Shown here: piece by piece, positions 25,196 through 37,985 of the stretch
Layout: each line of letters begins with the position of its first letter
Numbering within the stretch: the first letter of the stretch is position 1
Assembly: GCF_000143415.4 (NCBI RefSeq)
Contig: NW_003314358.1
Coordinates: 605,109 to 669,108 of the forward strand
Length of the DNA: 64,000 bases
Source: Selaginella moellendorffii
Taxonomy: Eukaryota; Plantae; Lycopodiophyta
Direction of reading: 5' to 3'
Program-made: the position numbers and the translations under genes
The notes under the pieces: generated by a model
What the model was told of the DNA's origin: nothing
What the model saw: the letters and a program-made list of their open reading frames with translations, nothing else
Database searches by the model: none

Positions 25196-26962
25196 TCAAA
25201 GTCGAAGTTTTGGGGAATTCTTCAAGTCCCATTCGCTCGAGTGTTGGAGAATGTTGGCCATGAGCACGTACGCAGCTGAGTTGCAAGGATCGAGCTCCAG
25301 TATGCTTCCGTATGCGGCCCGACCAACGTCGACGTTTTTCCACTTGTGACAGGCGCCGAGAACACTCATCCACAAGCTTGGTGTGGGCGAGGCACCGGAC
25401 ATCCCCCTCAGTACTGCCACTGCTTCGTCGAGAAGGTTAGCTCGGCCTAGGAGGTCCACCAAGCAGCTATAGTGCTCGATCCCTGGAGTGATACTGCGCT
25501 GCGTCATAGCTCTAAACACCTCCTTCCCGTTCTCCACATGTCCGGCGTGTGCACACGCTGTGAGAACCGTAAGATAGGTGACCGAGTCCGGAGCTAAACT
25601 CGTCCGACACAGAGCTTCGAATGCTTCCAGCACTTCTGTGATCTCTCCCTGATGGCTATAGCCTGCTAGCAGCGCGTTCCAAGTTACCAAGTCGATGCTT
25701 GCCATGGACTCGAAAACTTGCCGCGCTCGATTCATACTTCCAGACTTCCCGTAGAAATCCACCAGAGAAGTTGCGACTCCCGGCTGGCCTTCTACTCCAG
25801 CAGTGCATATCTTGGCATGAATTCTCCTCCCAGCTCCGGAAAAACCTTGGCTTGCGCAAGCCTTGAGCATGGCCACAAAAGTTGCTGGATTCGGAGCGCA
25901 GCCATCACCCTCCATTTTCTCAAAGAGCTCTAGCGCCATCTCTGCCTGTCCACCTTGTGCATAGCCCAGTATCATCGCCGACCACGAAACCACGTCTCGG
26001 AAAGACCTCTTCATCCTCTGGAAAATGCTCCAAGCCTCTCCCAGGCTTCCGCACTTGCAGTACATATCCACGAGAGAGCTCGCGATCGAAGCATGGAGCT
26101 CGAATCCAGAGCCTCGAATCTGACAGTGCAAAGCTCGCCCGATCTCCAAGCTCTTGAGCTTCACCACCTTTCCATCCACAAGCTCGCCTTCTTCGACCAC
26201 CGCTAGAGCCGCGCAAGCTTTTATCACTGCGAGGTAAGTCACTCGGTTTGGAGCGCAAGGCATCCTCCGGAAAGTTTCTAGCGCCAACTTTGCATCGCCA
26301 GCCTCGGCAAATCCCAAGATCATCGCACTCCACGAGACGACGTTGCGTTCTTCCATTCTTCCAAACAAATCCCGGGCATCCACCGAGCTCCCACACTTCC
26401 AGTACAGATCCACCAGCGTGCTGGCCACGAACAAGTCCGATTCCAATCCGTTCTGGCAAATCTCCAAGTGAAGAGCTCGAGCGGTTTCGAGTGCCTGTTC
26501 TCGAGAGTTCTCGCAAGTCGCGGCACAAGCCTTGAGAGCCGCCAAGTAAGTGACGCGATTTGGAGCGATGGAATCGTCGCTGTCTTGCTTCATTCTCTGG
26601 AAGAGTCCTAGTGCCAAATCCCCTTTCCCATTCTCGGCGTAGCCCAGGATCATCGCACTCCAAGACACCACAGAGCGATCTTCCATGGCATCGAAAACCT
26701 CGCGAGCCTCGTCGATGCTGCGGCATTTCGCATACATAGTGACCAGGGCGCTCGCAATGTCGGCGTCGATGCCATCGTCGCCATGGAAGCCCGGGGATGC
26801 CCGGCGATTCTTGATGATGTAATCGTGGATTCGCTTACCGGACTGGAAATCCCCGACGCGGCCGCACGCCTTGAGCGCTGCCGCGATGATGGATTTCGTC
26901 GGGGAGGAGCCCTCGCTCTGGATCCGGTCGAAGGCGTGGATTGAATCCCTCACGCTGCGCAT
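25196..26962 (-). CDS. PLS-class PPR protein with E domain
   Basis: Intronless P-L-S triplets (VVSWSAMILGYA / PNRVTYLAALKAC / LVDMYCKCG) and E domain HYSCLVDLLGRAN...AYVLMANI; telo-box just upstream. Confidence 0.92.
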   Translation of the reverse strand: MRSVRDSIHAFDRIQSEGSSPTKSIIAAALKACGRVGDFQSGKRIHDYIIKNRRASPGFHGDDGIDADIASALVTMYAKCRSIDEAREVFDAMEDRSVVSWSAMILGYAENGKGDLALGLFQRMKQDSDDSIAPNRVTYLAALKACAATCENSREQALETARALHLEICQNGLESDLFVASTLVDLYWKCGSSVDARDLFGRMEERNVVSWSAMILGFAEAGDAKLALETFRRMPCAPNRVTYLAVIKACAALAVVEEGELVDGKVVKLKSLEIGRALHCQIRGSGFELHASIASSLVDMYCKCGSLGEAWSIFQRMKRSFRDVVSWSAMILGYAQGGQAEMALELFEKMEGDGCAPNPATFVAMLKACASQGFSGAGRRIHAKICTAGVEGQPGVATSLVDFYGKSGSMNRARQVFESMASIDLVTWNALLAGYSHQGEITEVLEAFEALCRTSLAPDSVTYLTVLTACAHAGHVENGKEVFRAMTQRSITPGIEHYSCLVDLLGRANLLDEAVAVLRGMSGASPTPSLWMSVLGACHKWKNVDVGRAAYGSILELDPCNSAAYVLMANILQHSSEWDLKNSPKLRL

Positions 26963-27939
26963 TCCATTAAACAAAAGTTAGGGTTCTTTCAAAGAATTGA
27001 CCGTTCAAACTTGAGATTTTTCATGTGGTTTCAATAGAAGCATTCTTTAACTACCATTGATCAGTTAAGAACTTTTTGCTCTTTTAGTAAATTGGTTCTT
27101 CCAAGCAAACACTAAGAGAATAAGAAATGCTAAAAAAAATTATTTAGTTAAAACATAAAATTTTATTAAAACTTTGTTACTAATTAAAGGTTAAAATAAG
27201 AATTAAATCTAAATTAACAAATTAGTTCATGTTTGATTTTTTATATTTGTTTTTAAGGAGCGTTAATAACTTAGAATGCAATAAATCCCAAATAAAAATC
27301 GTCATCGATGCGGCACTTTGCTCGGAATCTGCAATATAGTCAACAAAAGCAAAGACTATATTGCATAAAAGCGCTTTAAAATTTGCAACACAGCCAACAA
27401 AAATAAAAATTATATCGCGTGAAGGCGCTTCCAGATCTGTATCATAGTTACCAAGTGTAAAAGGGCCTTAACATCCTATATGCAAAAGAGAAAATTAAAT
27501 GTAAATGCGTTCATTCAATATTTAGTGTTTTTTTACAAGAATATTAAAATAAAATTAATTTTTAACTTTAAGATTAATTAATATTTAAAATAAAATGAAA
27601 AACTTTAGTTCAGAAAGATATTAAAATGATGTGTAAGATATCATTAAAAAATATCAATGATATAGCAAATATAAAAATTAACATTCTAGAAACGTTTATT
27701 GTTATAAAATTCAGAAGAAATAAATCTACTACTATAAGGAGCAAACGCCGAACTTTGTGGGCCGCCGGATCTGGCCAATCACAGCCGTCCGATGGAGGGT
27801 AACTGTAAAGGGGTTATTTCTTTAACCACGTGTTAGCGAATAATCGTGCTGATGTTTGCTCCCGGCCAATGGGAGGCGGCCAAGCCGCATGGGGCAGGAG
27901 AGGAAGGCCCAGCAACACGTGGCACATGCAAAGTGTTGA

Positions 27940-28140
27940 CCGGAGATTGCTGCTCCAGGGCGTCACTCCAGGCAGGATCAAGTCCGTTGCGGCCCTTGGA
28001 GCGTGTTGTGGATCGCGATTTCTTCCGGTGGGTAAGCAAATCCACTCCCAAATGGTTGCTGTGGGCTGGGATTCGAGCTTGATCATGTCTACTGCGCTGA
28101 TTGACATGTATGCCGCGTGTGGCAGCTTGCGAGGCGCCAG
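27940..28140 (+). pseudogene. Captured PPR gene fragment inside the Helitron
   Basis: LLQGVTPG...AALGAC...GKQIHSQMVAVGWDSSLIMSTALIDMYAACGSL is a partial L+S motif pair. Confidence 0.75.
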
Positions 28141-28147
28141 TTGTTAA

Positions 28148-29101
28148 CTAGGACTCTTTGTGGCCTGTGACAGGCATTGCAAATGACAGTAGGGATCCCT
28201 GCGTCGACACCTTTCGCACAGCAACACTGCCAATGCTTAAGCACTTTGGTGTTCCAATCGAATTCCTAGAACTCAAGGTTGTTGCCTGCGGAGCTCCGCC
28301 CTTGGGTGGCAGTGAAGTCGTCCTCAAAGTTCCCATTGTTCCCAAGAGCCTCACGGTCAGTTTCTCCAAACTCCTCTTCTTTTCTTTCTCTCCTCGCTAA
28401 GAATCCTTCACCAAGCTGCTACATGGGTGGATGAGGGCATGGTGAAACGTATCTGAGGAGTGAGTTACTCCACACGCATCTCACCTCATATGGCCAATCA
28501 AATGTGGCATGCTAAATCGCTTGCTCCCCGACGTGTACATCTTTACTGATCACTACACTGGTTCGGAGTCTGGGAAGTAAGTTCCATGATTTTGTGCTGC
28601 AAAGTAAACTTTTTTCATCTTGCGTCCTTTGTCATGGCACAGATCTCCGGGCTATGGGATCTCACTGGTGACAAAAATGACCACCGGCTGCATTTTAAGC
28701 TCCGAGTGCGCGGCTACGCATTTAGGAGCATCCGAGCTCCAGCTTCCAGAGGACCTGGGGATGCAAGCAGCCATGTCCTTGCTACAGGAGATAAAGCTGG
28801 GAGGAGTTGTAAATTCAACTCACCAGGTATCTATCTGTGAAGCTGGAAAAGAAAGAAGGCGATCTCACAAACTTTCCTGTTTGCCATACAGGGGTTGCTG
28901 TTCATCCTCTGTGCTCTGTGCCCGGAAGATGTTTCCAAAGTCAGCGTCGGGAAGCTCTCTTCTTACGGTATCAAGACCCTGCAACACATCAAAGAATTCC
29001 TGGGAGTGCAGTTTAGTATCAAGCTTGACCCGGCGACAGGCACGGCTCTACTTACGTGCATTGGAAGTGGCTTCCAAAATCTCTACAGGAAAGTTTCATG
29101 A
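28148..29101 (+). pseudogene. RCL1: Captured 3' part of an RNA 3'-terminal phosphate cyclase-like (RCL1) gene
   Basis: GIANDSRDPCVDTFR, GAPPLGGSEV, SPGYGISLV and CIGSGFQNLYRKVS*; introns kept; 5'-truncated; premature TGA at 28454-28456. Confidence 0.85.
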
Positions 29102-29159
29102 GTCACTGGGGCCATAGCTCTAACAAAAGGAAACCGAATCAGTTACATGGAACTTTTTC

Positions 29160-29550
29160 TTACCACGCTAGAAGCCATCGGTCTTTTCCAGCAGCAGCGC
29201 GTCCACTCTCCTTGATGTGCACAGCGATTTGAGCTGCGGCCTCAAACTCCAACCAGCCATCCACGACGATCATCTGCCTCTCATCATCATCATCTGCTGA
29301 TGCTCCCACTGAAGATAAGAAGCTGGAATACACTTTGGACGCGTTCACTATGTCCGTCACTACCAGCCGGGGGCTCTCGAAGTCCGGATGGCAGTGAGCT
29401 CCCGGAGGAACTTGAGCATGCAGCTGAAGATCGAGAACATTTTCCCATTAGATGTCTCCCGCATCAAACGTTGATGTCTTTTAGTGACTCAAGAACAGTG
29501 TAAGGCGTGGGCATTTTAGACACAATCGGCTGAAAAAGTGTTTTAACCTG
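29160..29550 (-). pseudogene. Captured C-terminal fragment of a DExH-box RNA helicase-like gene
   Basis: DIVNASKVY...ERQMIVVDGWLEFEAAAQIAVHIKE resembles the OB-fold tail of DHX36/DHX57-type helicases; disrupted. Confidence 0.6.
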
Positions 29551-31547
29551 CAAAGAAGTCCAATGAAACCAGTTCCAGGAGACATTTTGTATCTCCCGAA
29601 CTATTTTTTGCTGTATATCCTGATGAAAATGGCAGTAAGAGGTGTGAGAAAAATTCCAAGTTGAACTAACTCACAGTGAAACCCTGCCTCCCCCCCACCG
29701 CAATATAGACTGTAGTTCAAAGTTCGTTACTTGAGAACAAAGAGTGAAAACTAAGTCATGATGAGAACTCCCCAATTCTTATGAACCGCACAAATCTAAC
29801 TTAATTTTTCACAGGCATTTTGCACAGGCATCTGCCTATCCTCACTCAAAAGTAGTCACTTTACTTTTAAACCACATTAGATCAAAAGTGCAAAAGATCA
29901 AAATGTTGAAACCATATTAGAAGTTAAAAAGTAAGGCTTATTACTAGATGATTAGGGTTTCTCTCAAACAGACATCATTTTTTGGCTAAATCACAACTGT
30001 GGGGGGCTTTAACAATAAAAGTACATATTTATATTTTTATATGTAGCCTTAGTTATTTATAATTATCAAAAAAACTACGATAATGTATGTAGTATTTGAT
30101 TAAACAATAATATTTTAAAATATTTTTACTAATTTATTAGTATATAATACTATGGAATATAATATTTGAAATTATTATATATATCTATAAATAATTATTA
30201 GGTTGATTGGATCTGGGTAGTAATATATTAATGTTCATAAAAACTTATTGTTTTATATTTTGAGTAAAACTTATAATTAATTAATGTCTTGCAGTAATTA
30301 TTCTCTTTTATTTGTTTTTAATTTTTTATTTGTCAATTTGTTTTCTAAATATATTCATATTTCCAAATAATAATTTGTATATAATATTTTTATGAATGAA
30401 TATTTTATCTTATTTATGCCTAGGAATATATTTTTTCTAAATAGTTATATTAATCAAGTGTACAAGAATTTATTTATTTATTCATCTAGCATTTTCTAGG
30501 CATAATTCTCTCAATCAAAGTGGAATATAATATTTGTTGTTTAAATACTATTCTAATTTAGTTTTTAATATATTAAAAAATCAAAAAAATATTTTGCTAA
30601 TTACACAGCATATGCTGGGCAAGTGCTAGTATTTACATAACAATGTTATATAATATTTAAAAAAAGGTAAATTTTAAATTGGTTTCTACTTTATTTAACA
30701 TCTTTTTGCTATGGTGGTGTACAGTAAAATCTTATAAGTAAAATTAACTTTTCTTTACACCCAAATAAAAACAATATTTAAAATAAAATGTAAAATTTAG
30801 CTCAAGATGAATTTATAAGGTATTTTCTCAAAAATAAAATTTAAATATTAACATTATTTTCTTATATAAAATGTTTTGGATAAAAAATTATTTTTCTCTC
30901 ATAATTATTTATATTAGTCAATTTTTAACTATTAATATAAAAAATTCAAATTTATATAAAACTTTAAACTAGTTCATTTTTACATTACCTTTGGAGCTCA
31001 CAAGAAGTGTTTTGTCAATTTACTTTTTAAGTAATTTTTAAAGAATATTGAATGAAGTATTAAAATTTATATTTATAATAATATAAATAATATGCAAAAA
31101 TGTGAATATTTTAAATAAGCTTATTTTATCTTCTTGCTAAATTTATATGAGTATAAAAAATTAAAAAAATCAATGTCTATATCATTATAAACTTCAAATA
31201 CAATAATTTTTCTATATTATAAATTGCAAAAAGTTAGTTATATGTCACCATAAATTTAAAATGTATTACTTTTTCACACTATTAAGTTTTTTCTCATGAA
31301 TATTTATATAATTCTAGATGGTCAATAACATATAAATATATATAATAATTTAATTTTTGTTTATATCTTTAAATATATTATATCAATTATAGTAGATAGA
31401 TTTTAATTATTTAAATTTTAAATATTAAAAATATATAAAATATTAAACTAGCTAGTTTTAATTTCTAGTTTTTACTTTACCTTCAGAGTTAATAAAAGTT
31501 ATTTGATCAAATATTTGAATAATATATAAATAATATAATATTTTATA

Positions 31548-31722
31548 TGTGAGGGCCAAGTGTACAACTATGATGCCATATACTAATATTAGCGTAGTGA
31601 GATTTGGTAGCTGTCGGATTGATTTTAATCCGGACCATTCACTCTTGTATATAAGATAGAGTTTTTGGGCTAATTGATATTCACATTTTCTGTATTCTCA
31701 TTTCATATTCCAAACACTTATA
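31548..31722 (+). repeat. 5' LTR (about 175 bp)
   Basis: Starts TGTGAGGGCCAAG; homologous to 48754-48927 and, inverted, to about 37358-37521. Confidence 0.85.
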
Positions 31723-34700
31723 TTGGTGGAGTTGAGGGGCACCTTTGATTGTTCCTGAGGAGTGATTGAATTTGGGATTTTAGTTTAGATCTAACTTTTG
31801 CATTGTCTAAATCTAACTTTTTCCATTTCTTTTTTTTTGTTTTTTCTTTTTAAAATTTTGGTTTAGATCTAGCATTTTGCATTGCCTAGATCTACCATTT
31901 CTTTTTAGCTTTTTGTCATTTCTCTTGTTTTGCTCTTTCTTCGTTCATCTTCATGGTAGATTAGCAATCTCCTCCTTTGACTTTAGAGTAGCAATTGGTA
32001 CAATTGCTTGATGCTATGTGTTTGCAATTGAACAACTAAACTCAATTGATGGCAGCCTTCACGGCACATTCTGCTCTTGGTGCCAATCCTCACGTTCAAC
32101 TGAAGTTCTTTCTCAGGAATCTTGGGGATGATGTGTACCATTGGTTTGATCACTTCACGGTGATTGCCACATATCATTATTGGGATGATGCTCCACGTTT
32201 GCATGAGTTTCCCATGTGTCTTCAAGGGACAGCGTTGTAGTGGTACAATGGTTTGAGCGCAGCCACTCGTGGGGATTGGAGTGTTCTCCTAGATGTTGTC
32301 AAACCCGCCTTCGGACATGCCGACGATTGTGATGATGCCTTCCAACAATTGCATCATCTTTGCCAAAGGCCATCTGAGTCGGTGATGCAATTTAGTGTTT
32401 GTTTCTAAAGTCTTTTGCTTCGTGCGGAGCCAAATATGTCAGAGTTAATCAAGTTAGAAATCTTGTGGCCAGCACTTCATCAAAATCTTGTTGTTGGACT
32501 TGTGCATGCACTTGCTCTCGCCACCCTTGACAATGCTCTTTGCTTGGCACAACGTTATGAGACGTCGTTTCTTTCACTTCTCACTGCACATCCTTTAGCT
32601 CCACTTCCTATGGGTGATGGTCCTATTCCAATGGAGGTTGATGCTGCTGCTGCTCGAGTCCAAGGATAAGGGCGAGGACGTGGTCATGGCCGTGATGGTC
32701 ACTATTAGGCGTGTGATGAAGTTAGTCATACTTAATAGACATTGTTGGCATTTTCCGGATTGGCGACCTCCATTTTCTGGGTGGAGACTTTGGCGTCAGC
32801 AATGTCCTGTTGGTGCTGCTGCAGTGGAAGGTTTAGACACCAAGATGCATCCGGGAAATGAGGAGTCGCGCGAGTAACGGAGGGACCTTACGCAAATAAG
32901 TTAGTGACCCCTCTATCTTTCTTTCGGGAGTATTATCAAAGGGTTCACTCAGCACCGGTTTATCCAGTGTTTACTTTCCAAGCTTGTTTTTATAACAAGA
33001 AGTCTCCTATTATTCTCTCTATGTTGGTTGATACAAATTTGAGTTTATCTTCTATTGCTCAACCTGTTGCCACACATTGCTATCTACACTTGCGTCGTGC
33101 AGTAGAACCAGTTTTCATTCTTTATGGCATCGGCCATACACATGCATGTGCATGGGATGAGGTGGACCTAGTTGTGCATGTAGGTGATTTTGAGCTTGAG
33201 TTGCAGTCATTGTGGGTGGTGCCGAGTCAAGCTTTTGACCTCATTCTTGGTATGGATTGGTTGCAGCGCAATTATGTCAAATGTGACTTTGAAGCTTCTC
33301 CCCCTTGTCTCATACTTCTTTATGTTTTATCCATTCCTCTAATTTCTATACCTCTTCATCCCTCTACTTCTACCTTTGCTTCCATTACTTTTGTTCCCCC
33401 ACTATTTCTTCCTGTATTTCTGTTTTGTTTTGCTCTTCCCTTTTCTGATCCCTCTAACGATCTTTATGTTGCAGTGGTTGACTGGCTCATGAAAGAGTAT
33501 TCTGATCTCTTTGAATTTGACCTATCGTTTTGGGGCCAAGATTGCCACATATCATCCGACTTCAACCGGGAATGCTCATCCAATCAAAGTTCCTGTTCAT
33601 CATCAGTCACCCAAGGAGATCAAGATTTTACATGCAAACATCAAGGAGATGTTGGAGAAGGGTGTTATTCAGAAGTTGCGAAGTCCTTGGGCATGTGAAC
33701 CTCATCTTGTGACGAAGCCTGATGGGAGTATTCGTTTTTGCATTGACTATTGTCTATTAAACGAAGTGATGATCCAAGATGTGTACCCTTTTCCTCACAC
33801 TGCTAATCTCTTAAATCGTCTGGGGCAAAGTCGTTGATTCACTAAGCTAGATCTTACTTCTAGGTATTAGCAAGTACCAATGGCTGAAGAAGATATTCTT
33901 AGCTTTTCGTACACCATTTGGTTTATACGAGTTCTTGGTGATGCAGTTTGGTTTGAATAATGCTCCAGCAACTTTCCAGCGGATGATGGACGAGGTTCTT
34001 TGCAATATAAGTGTTGGATTGGCTACGCAATGTTGGTTTAAAGTTGAAGCAGTTGAAGTGCATGTTTGGGTCCAAGGACACAACTTATCTTAGGTACCGT
34101 ATTTCTCGTGATGGTTTGCAAGTTAATCCTGACAAACTTGTGGCTGTTCTAAAGTTCCATACTCCGAAGTGTGTGAATGATGTGCAATGTTTCCTTGGCA
34201 AGATGCAGTATCTCGGTCATTTTGTGCATTATCTTTCTGATCGCACTGCACCGTTGCGAGCATTGCTGAAGTCATCAACATTATCTTTCATTTGATCTCC
34301 GGATTGTGAGCAGGTGTTCATGGATCTCAAAAAGCTATTGACAACTCCTTTGGGTTTGGCATATCCTAACTACACTCGACTTTTTATTTTGCGCGTGGAT
34401 GCTTTTGACATTGGTCTTGGAGGTGTGTTGATGCAAGAAAGCTCGAGTGTGCCTGGTCAGCGCCATCCCATTGTGTATATAAACTATACATTACAATTAG
34501 CAGAGATGAACTACTCCACGATAAAGAAGGAGTGTTTAGTAGTAGTATGGGGTTTCAAGAAACTTTATGCATATCTACATGGTTCTCAGATGTTATTTGA
34601 AGGTGACCATGCTGCCGTTACTTCATTATTGAAGCGAAAGAACTTGGTTTGTCATACTACTTGGTGGGCTTTGAAGTTTCAGATGGGTTTGAGAATTCTA

Positions 34701-35355
34701 CATCACTTGCTGATGACTTGCCTTTTCAGCATTTACATTCTCAATATCGTCTTGAAGATAACCTTCTTTATTTTGTGGGGACGGATCTTAATGATCATTT
34801 ATGGCTGGTGGTGCCTTCTATCTTTATTCTGCGGTTTCTCCATGCCTACCATGATTCTCTTGTTCTAGGTGGGCATATGGGACATCGTCATATAACCGAG
34901 AAGCTGCGCAGGTCTTTCTATTAGCCAGAGATGCGACGTGATATTATCTGGTATGTGCGTAGCTGCATTTGGTGCAAAGATCGTAATACTCCCCCTCGTG
35001 TTACGGAAGGACAGTTGGACTCAATTGCAGTTTCCCGTCTATTTGAGTTGATGGCATTTGATCTTATGGGACCTTTTCCAAGGTCGACTGCTGGCAATGA
35101 GTATGTTATTATTGTTTTTGACTACTTAACTCGTTGGGTGGAAGATGGTGCTCTTGCTAGCGCCTCTACAACTGCTGTTGGATACTTCCTCCTCAATCAA
35201 GTGGTGTTTTAACATTTTTGTCCAGAGCGGATTCTTTCGGATAATGGTCCTACATTTATGGTTGAGGCATTTCATGTTTTGACGTCTCGGTTGGGGATAC
35301 GCCACACTTTCACGAGTGATTATCATCCACAATCAAACGATCTGGTGAAATGGCT

Positions 35356-36095
35356 CGTTTGGGAGTATCATCTTTCTTTTGGGAGTATCATCAAGGGGTT
35401 CACTTTGCACTGGTTCATCCAATGTTTACTTTCCAAGCTCATTTTTATAACAAGAGGTCTTCTATTCTTCTCTCCATGTTGGTTGATACAGGTTCGAGTT
35501 TATTTTCTATTGCTCGACCTGTTGCCACACGTTGTCGTCTACACTTGCGTCGTGCGGCGGATCCAGTTTTCATTCTTTATGGCAACGGCCGTACACATGC
35601 ATGTGCACGAGATGAGGCGGACCTAGTTGTGCGTGTGGGCGATCTCGAGCTTGAGTTGCAGTCGTTGCGGGTGGTGCCGAGTCAAGCTTTTAACCTCATT
35701 CTTGGTATAGATTGGTTGTAGCGCAATCATGCCAAGTGTAACTTTGAGGCTTCTCCCCCTTGTCTCATACTTCTTTATGTTTCATCAATTCCTCTCACTT
35801 TTGTACCTTTTCGTCCTTTTACTTCTACCTCTACTTCCATTACTTTTGTCCCCCCACTATTTCCTCCTATGTTTCCATCTTGTTCTGCTCTTCCCTTTTT
35901 TGATCCCTTCGGTGATCTTTGTGTTGCAGTTGTTGATCGGCTCATGAAAGAGTGTTCTAATTTCTTTGAATTTGACATATCGTCTAGGGCCAAGATTGCC
36001 ACATGTCATCCAACTTCAACTGGGAATGCTCATCCAATCAAGGTTCCTGTTTGTCGTCGGTCACCCAAGGAGATTAAGATTTTACGTGCAAACAT
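35356..36095 (+). repeat. Internal duplication of the protease region of the gypsy element
   Basis: Closely matches about 32924-33645. This copy keeps LVDTGSS, whereas the first copy reads LVDTNLS. Confidence 0.85.
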
Positions 36096-36099
36096 AATA

Positions 36100-37521
36100 A
36101 AACTTGGCTTTGCCACATGACATAATTATAGATGACAATATATGGCAATAGGTCAAACAATAGAAGATAAACTTGACTTTATATCAACTAATATAAAGAG
36201 GTTAATAAAGGATATTTTGTTATAAAAATGAATTTGGAAAATAAATATTAAATAAATTGGTGTTAAGTGAACTCTTTAATAATACTTTAGAATGAAAAAT
36301 GAAGGGGTCATTGATTTATTCATGCAAAGACCCTTCACTACTTGTATGATTTTTCATTTCCCAAGAAAATCTTTATATCAAGATTTTCCACCACAATAAC
36401 TTTAATAAAACATTATTAATGCCAAGGCCTCCACCCAAAAAAAGAGGATGCTAATTTGGAAAATACTAATAATACCAATATATGTGGCTAACTTTATCAC
36501 ATATCTAGCAGTAAACATTATAGCCATAACCATCATCGCCCTTATCCTTGAATATGGGTAACAACAACATCAACTTTTATGAATAATATCATCTCTAATG
36601 ACACACTTTGATTTACACAATGATATGAAATATTGTATTTCCCATTTGTCGATGTACATACTTTAACTCCACTTCATGTGAAAGGTGGCTAGAGAAAGTA
36701 TATACACAAGTCCCATAAGATCTTGACGAAATGCTAACCACAACATTTTTAATTTGATTTGCTCTAACATATTTAACTCTACATAAAACAAAAGGCTCTA
36801 GAAGTGAATGCTAAATTGCACACTTGGCTCAAATAACATTTAATAGAAATAATGCAATTGTTAAAACACATTATCACAATTATCAATATGTCCAAATATA
36901 TGGTTAATATGTTCAAATGAAGGCTCCAATCCAAATGAATGGCTACCTTTAAACCATTATACCACTATAATGTTATCCTTTGGAAACATATGGGAAACTC
37001 ACACAAATATTAAGTATTGTCCCAAAAATGATAAATAGCAATCATTGTAAAATGAGAAACTAATAATATATATCATCTTTAGAATTTCTATGAAAGAATT
37101 TCTGCTAAACATGAGGATTGGTAGACCGAATAGAAAGAGCTACATCATACATTATAAATGCCACTATCAATTGAGTTTAATTGTTCAATTACAACCATAT
37201 AGTATTGAGTAACTGCATTAATTATTACTCCAAAGTTAAAAAAGAAGGAGGTTACCACTTTATCATGAAAAAAAATAAATTACAAGAATAAAAGAGATCT
37301 AAATAATATAAAATCTAAATCAAAAACATTCCTTGGGCACAATTAAAGTTATCTCTAATGTGAATACATAAAATATGGAAATAGAATACATAAATATGCA
37401 TATTAGATTAGCCCAAAAGCCTTAACTATATATAGGAATAAGTAGTTTAAATTAAAATTAAATCAATATCTATCAAAATCCTACTATGTTAATATTAGTA
37501 TATGCATTACTTGCACCTCAT
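36100..37521 (-). mobile_element. Older inverted copy of the same gypsy family (5' LTR and gag remnant)
   Basis: The reverse complement of about 37358-37521 matches the LTR, and 36900-36990 matches gag at 32220-32300; strongly AT-shifted. Confidence 0.75.
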
Positions 37522-37985
37522 AAACCAAAAAAAGAAAAAAAATTTGAAAGTTCCAAAAACTTAAAATAAATCTGAATTCAGATTTTATTATTTAGCAAGC
37601 ACAAAAGCCCATTTTTACAGCAATTTAAATAATATGGTATAAATTTGATCATCCATTTTAGCACATTTGATAGAAAATAGTTATTAGAAAAATCACTTTT
37701 AAGTCTACCACTTTACTAATTACATAAGATTATATTAACGATTTTTGTTTTGCCCATTTTATAAAAAAAATGTATGGAAAAAATATTTTATTACCCTTAA
37801 TCAGGAAACCAATTGTTCCTTTGTGCCACCTTTGCAAATTACAAAAAAACTGAGGGAGAAATGTGATTCCTACCCGCGGCAGCTGGATCGAATTACAATT
37901 CTCTAGCTCCTCCCATTGATTGAGTTACTTGAGAGAAGAAATATTTTCCCAGTTTTAGGGTTTGTGAGGAGGTAGGGCGAGGGAA

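Larger units (their letters stand above)
27725..30629 (+). mobile_element. Non-autonomous Helitron (2905 bp) carrying captured gene fragments
   Basis: 5' end A|TCTACTACTATAAG at 27725; 3' palindrome CAGCATATGCTG (30606-30617) then CTAG|T at 30626-30629; A/T insertion site without a TSD; subterminal sequence shared with the Helitron at 61932. Confidence 0.82.
31548..36095 (+). mobile_element. Decayed Ty3/gypsy LTR retrotransposon (5' LTR, gag, PR, RT, RNase H, truncated integrase)
   Basis: LTR 31548-31722, then PBS TGGTGGAG (tRNA-Ala-like). Domain order is PR (LILGMDWL), RT (KPDGSIRFCIDY), RH (DAFDIGLGGVL), INT (DLMGPFP, SDNG). Many stops; no 3' LTR. Confidence 0.9.

Noticed and set aside
24694-25263. 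189-aa plus-strand ORF with a short internal repeat
   Set aside because: No ATG start or recognisable domain; it overlaps the PPR 3' end and may be a relic that I cannot support.
27867-27885. ERSE-like CCAAT-N9-CCAAG
   Set aside because: Mismatch in the CCACG half, and it lies in transposon sequence.
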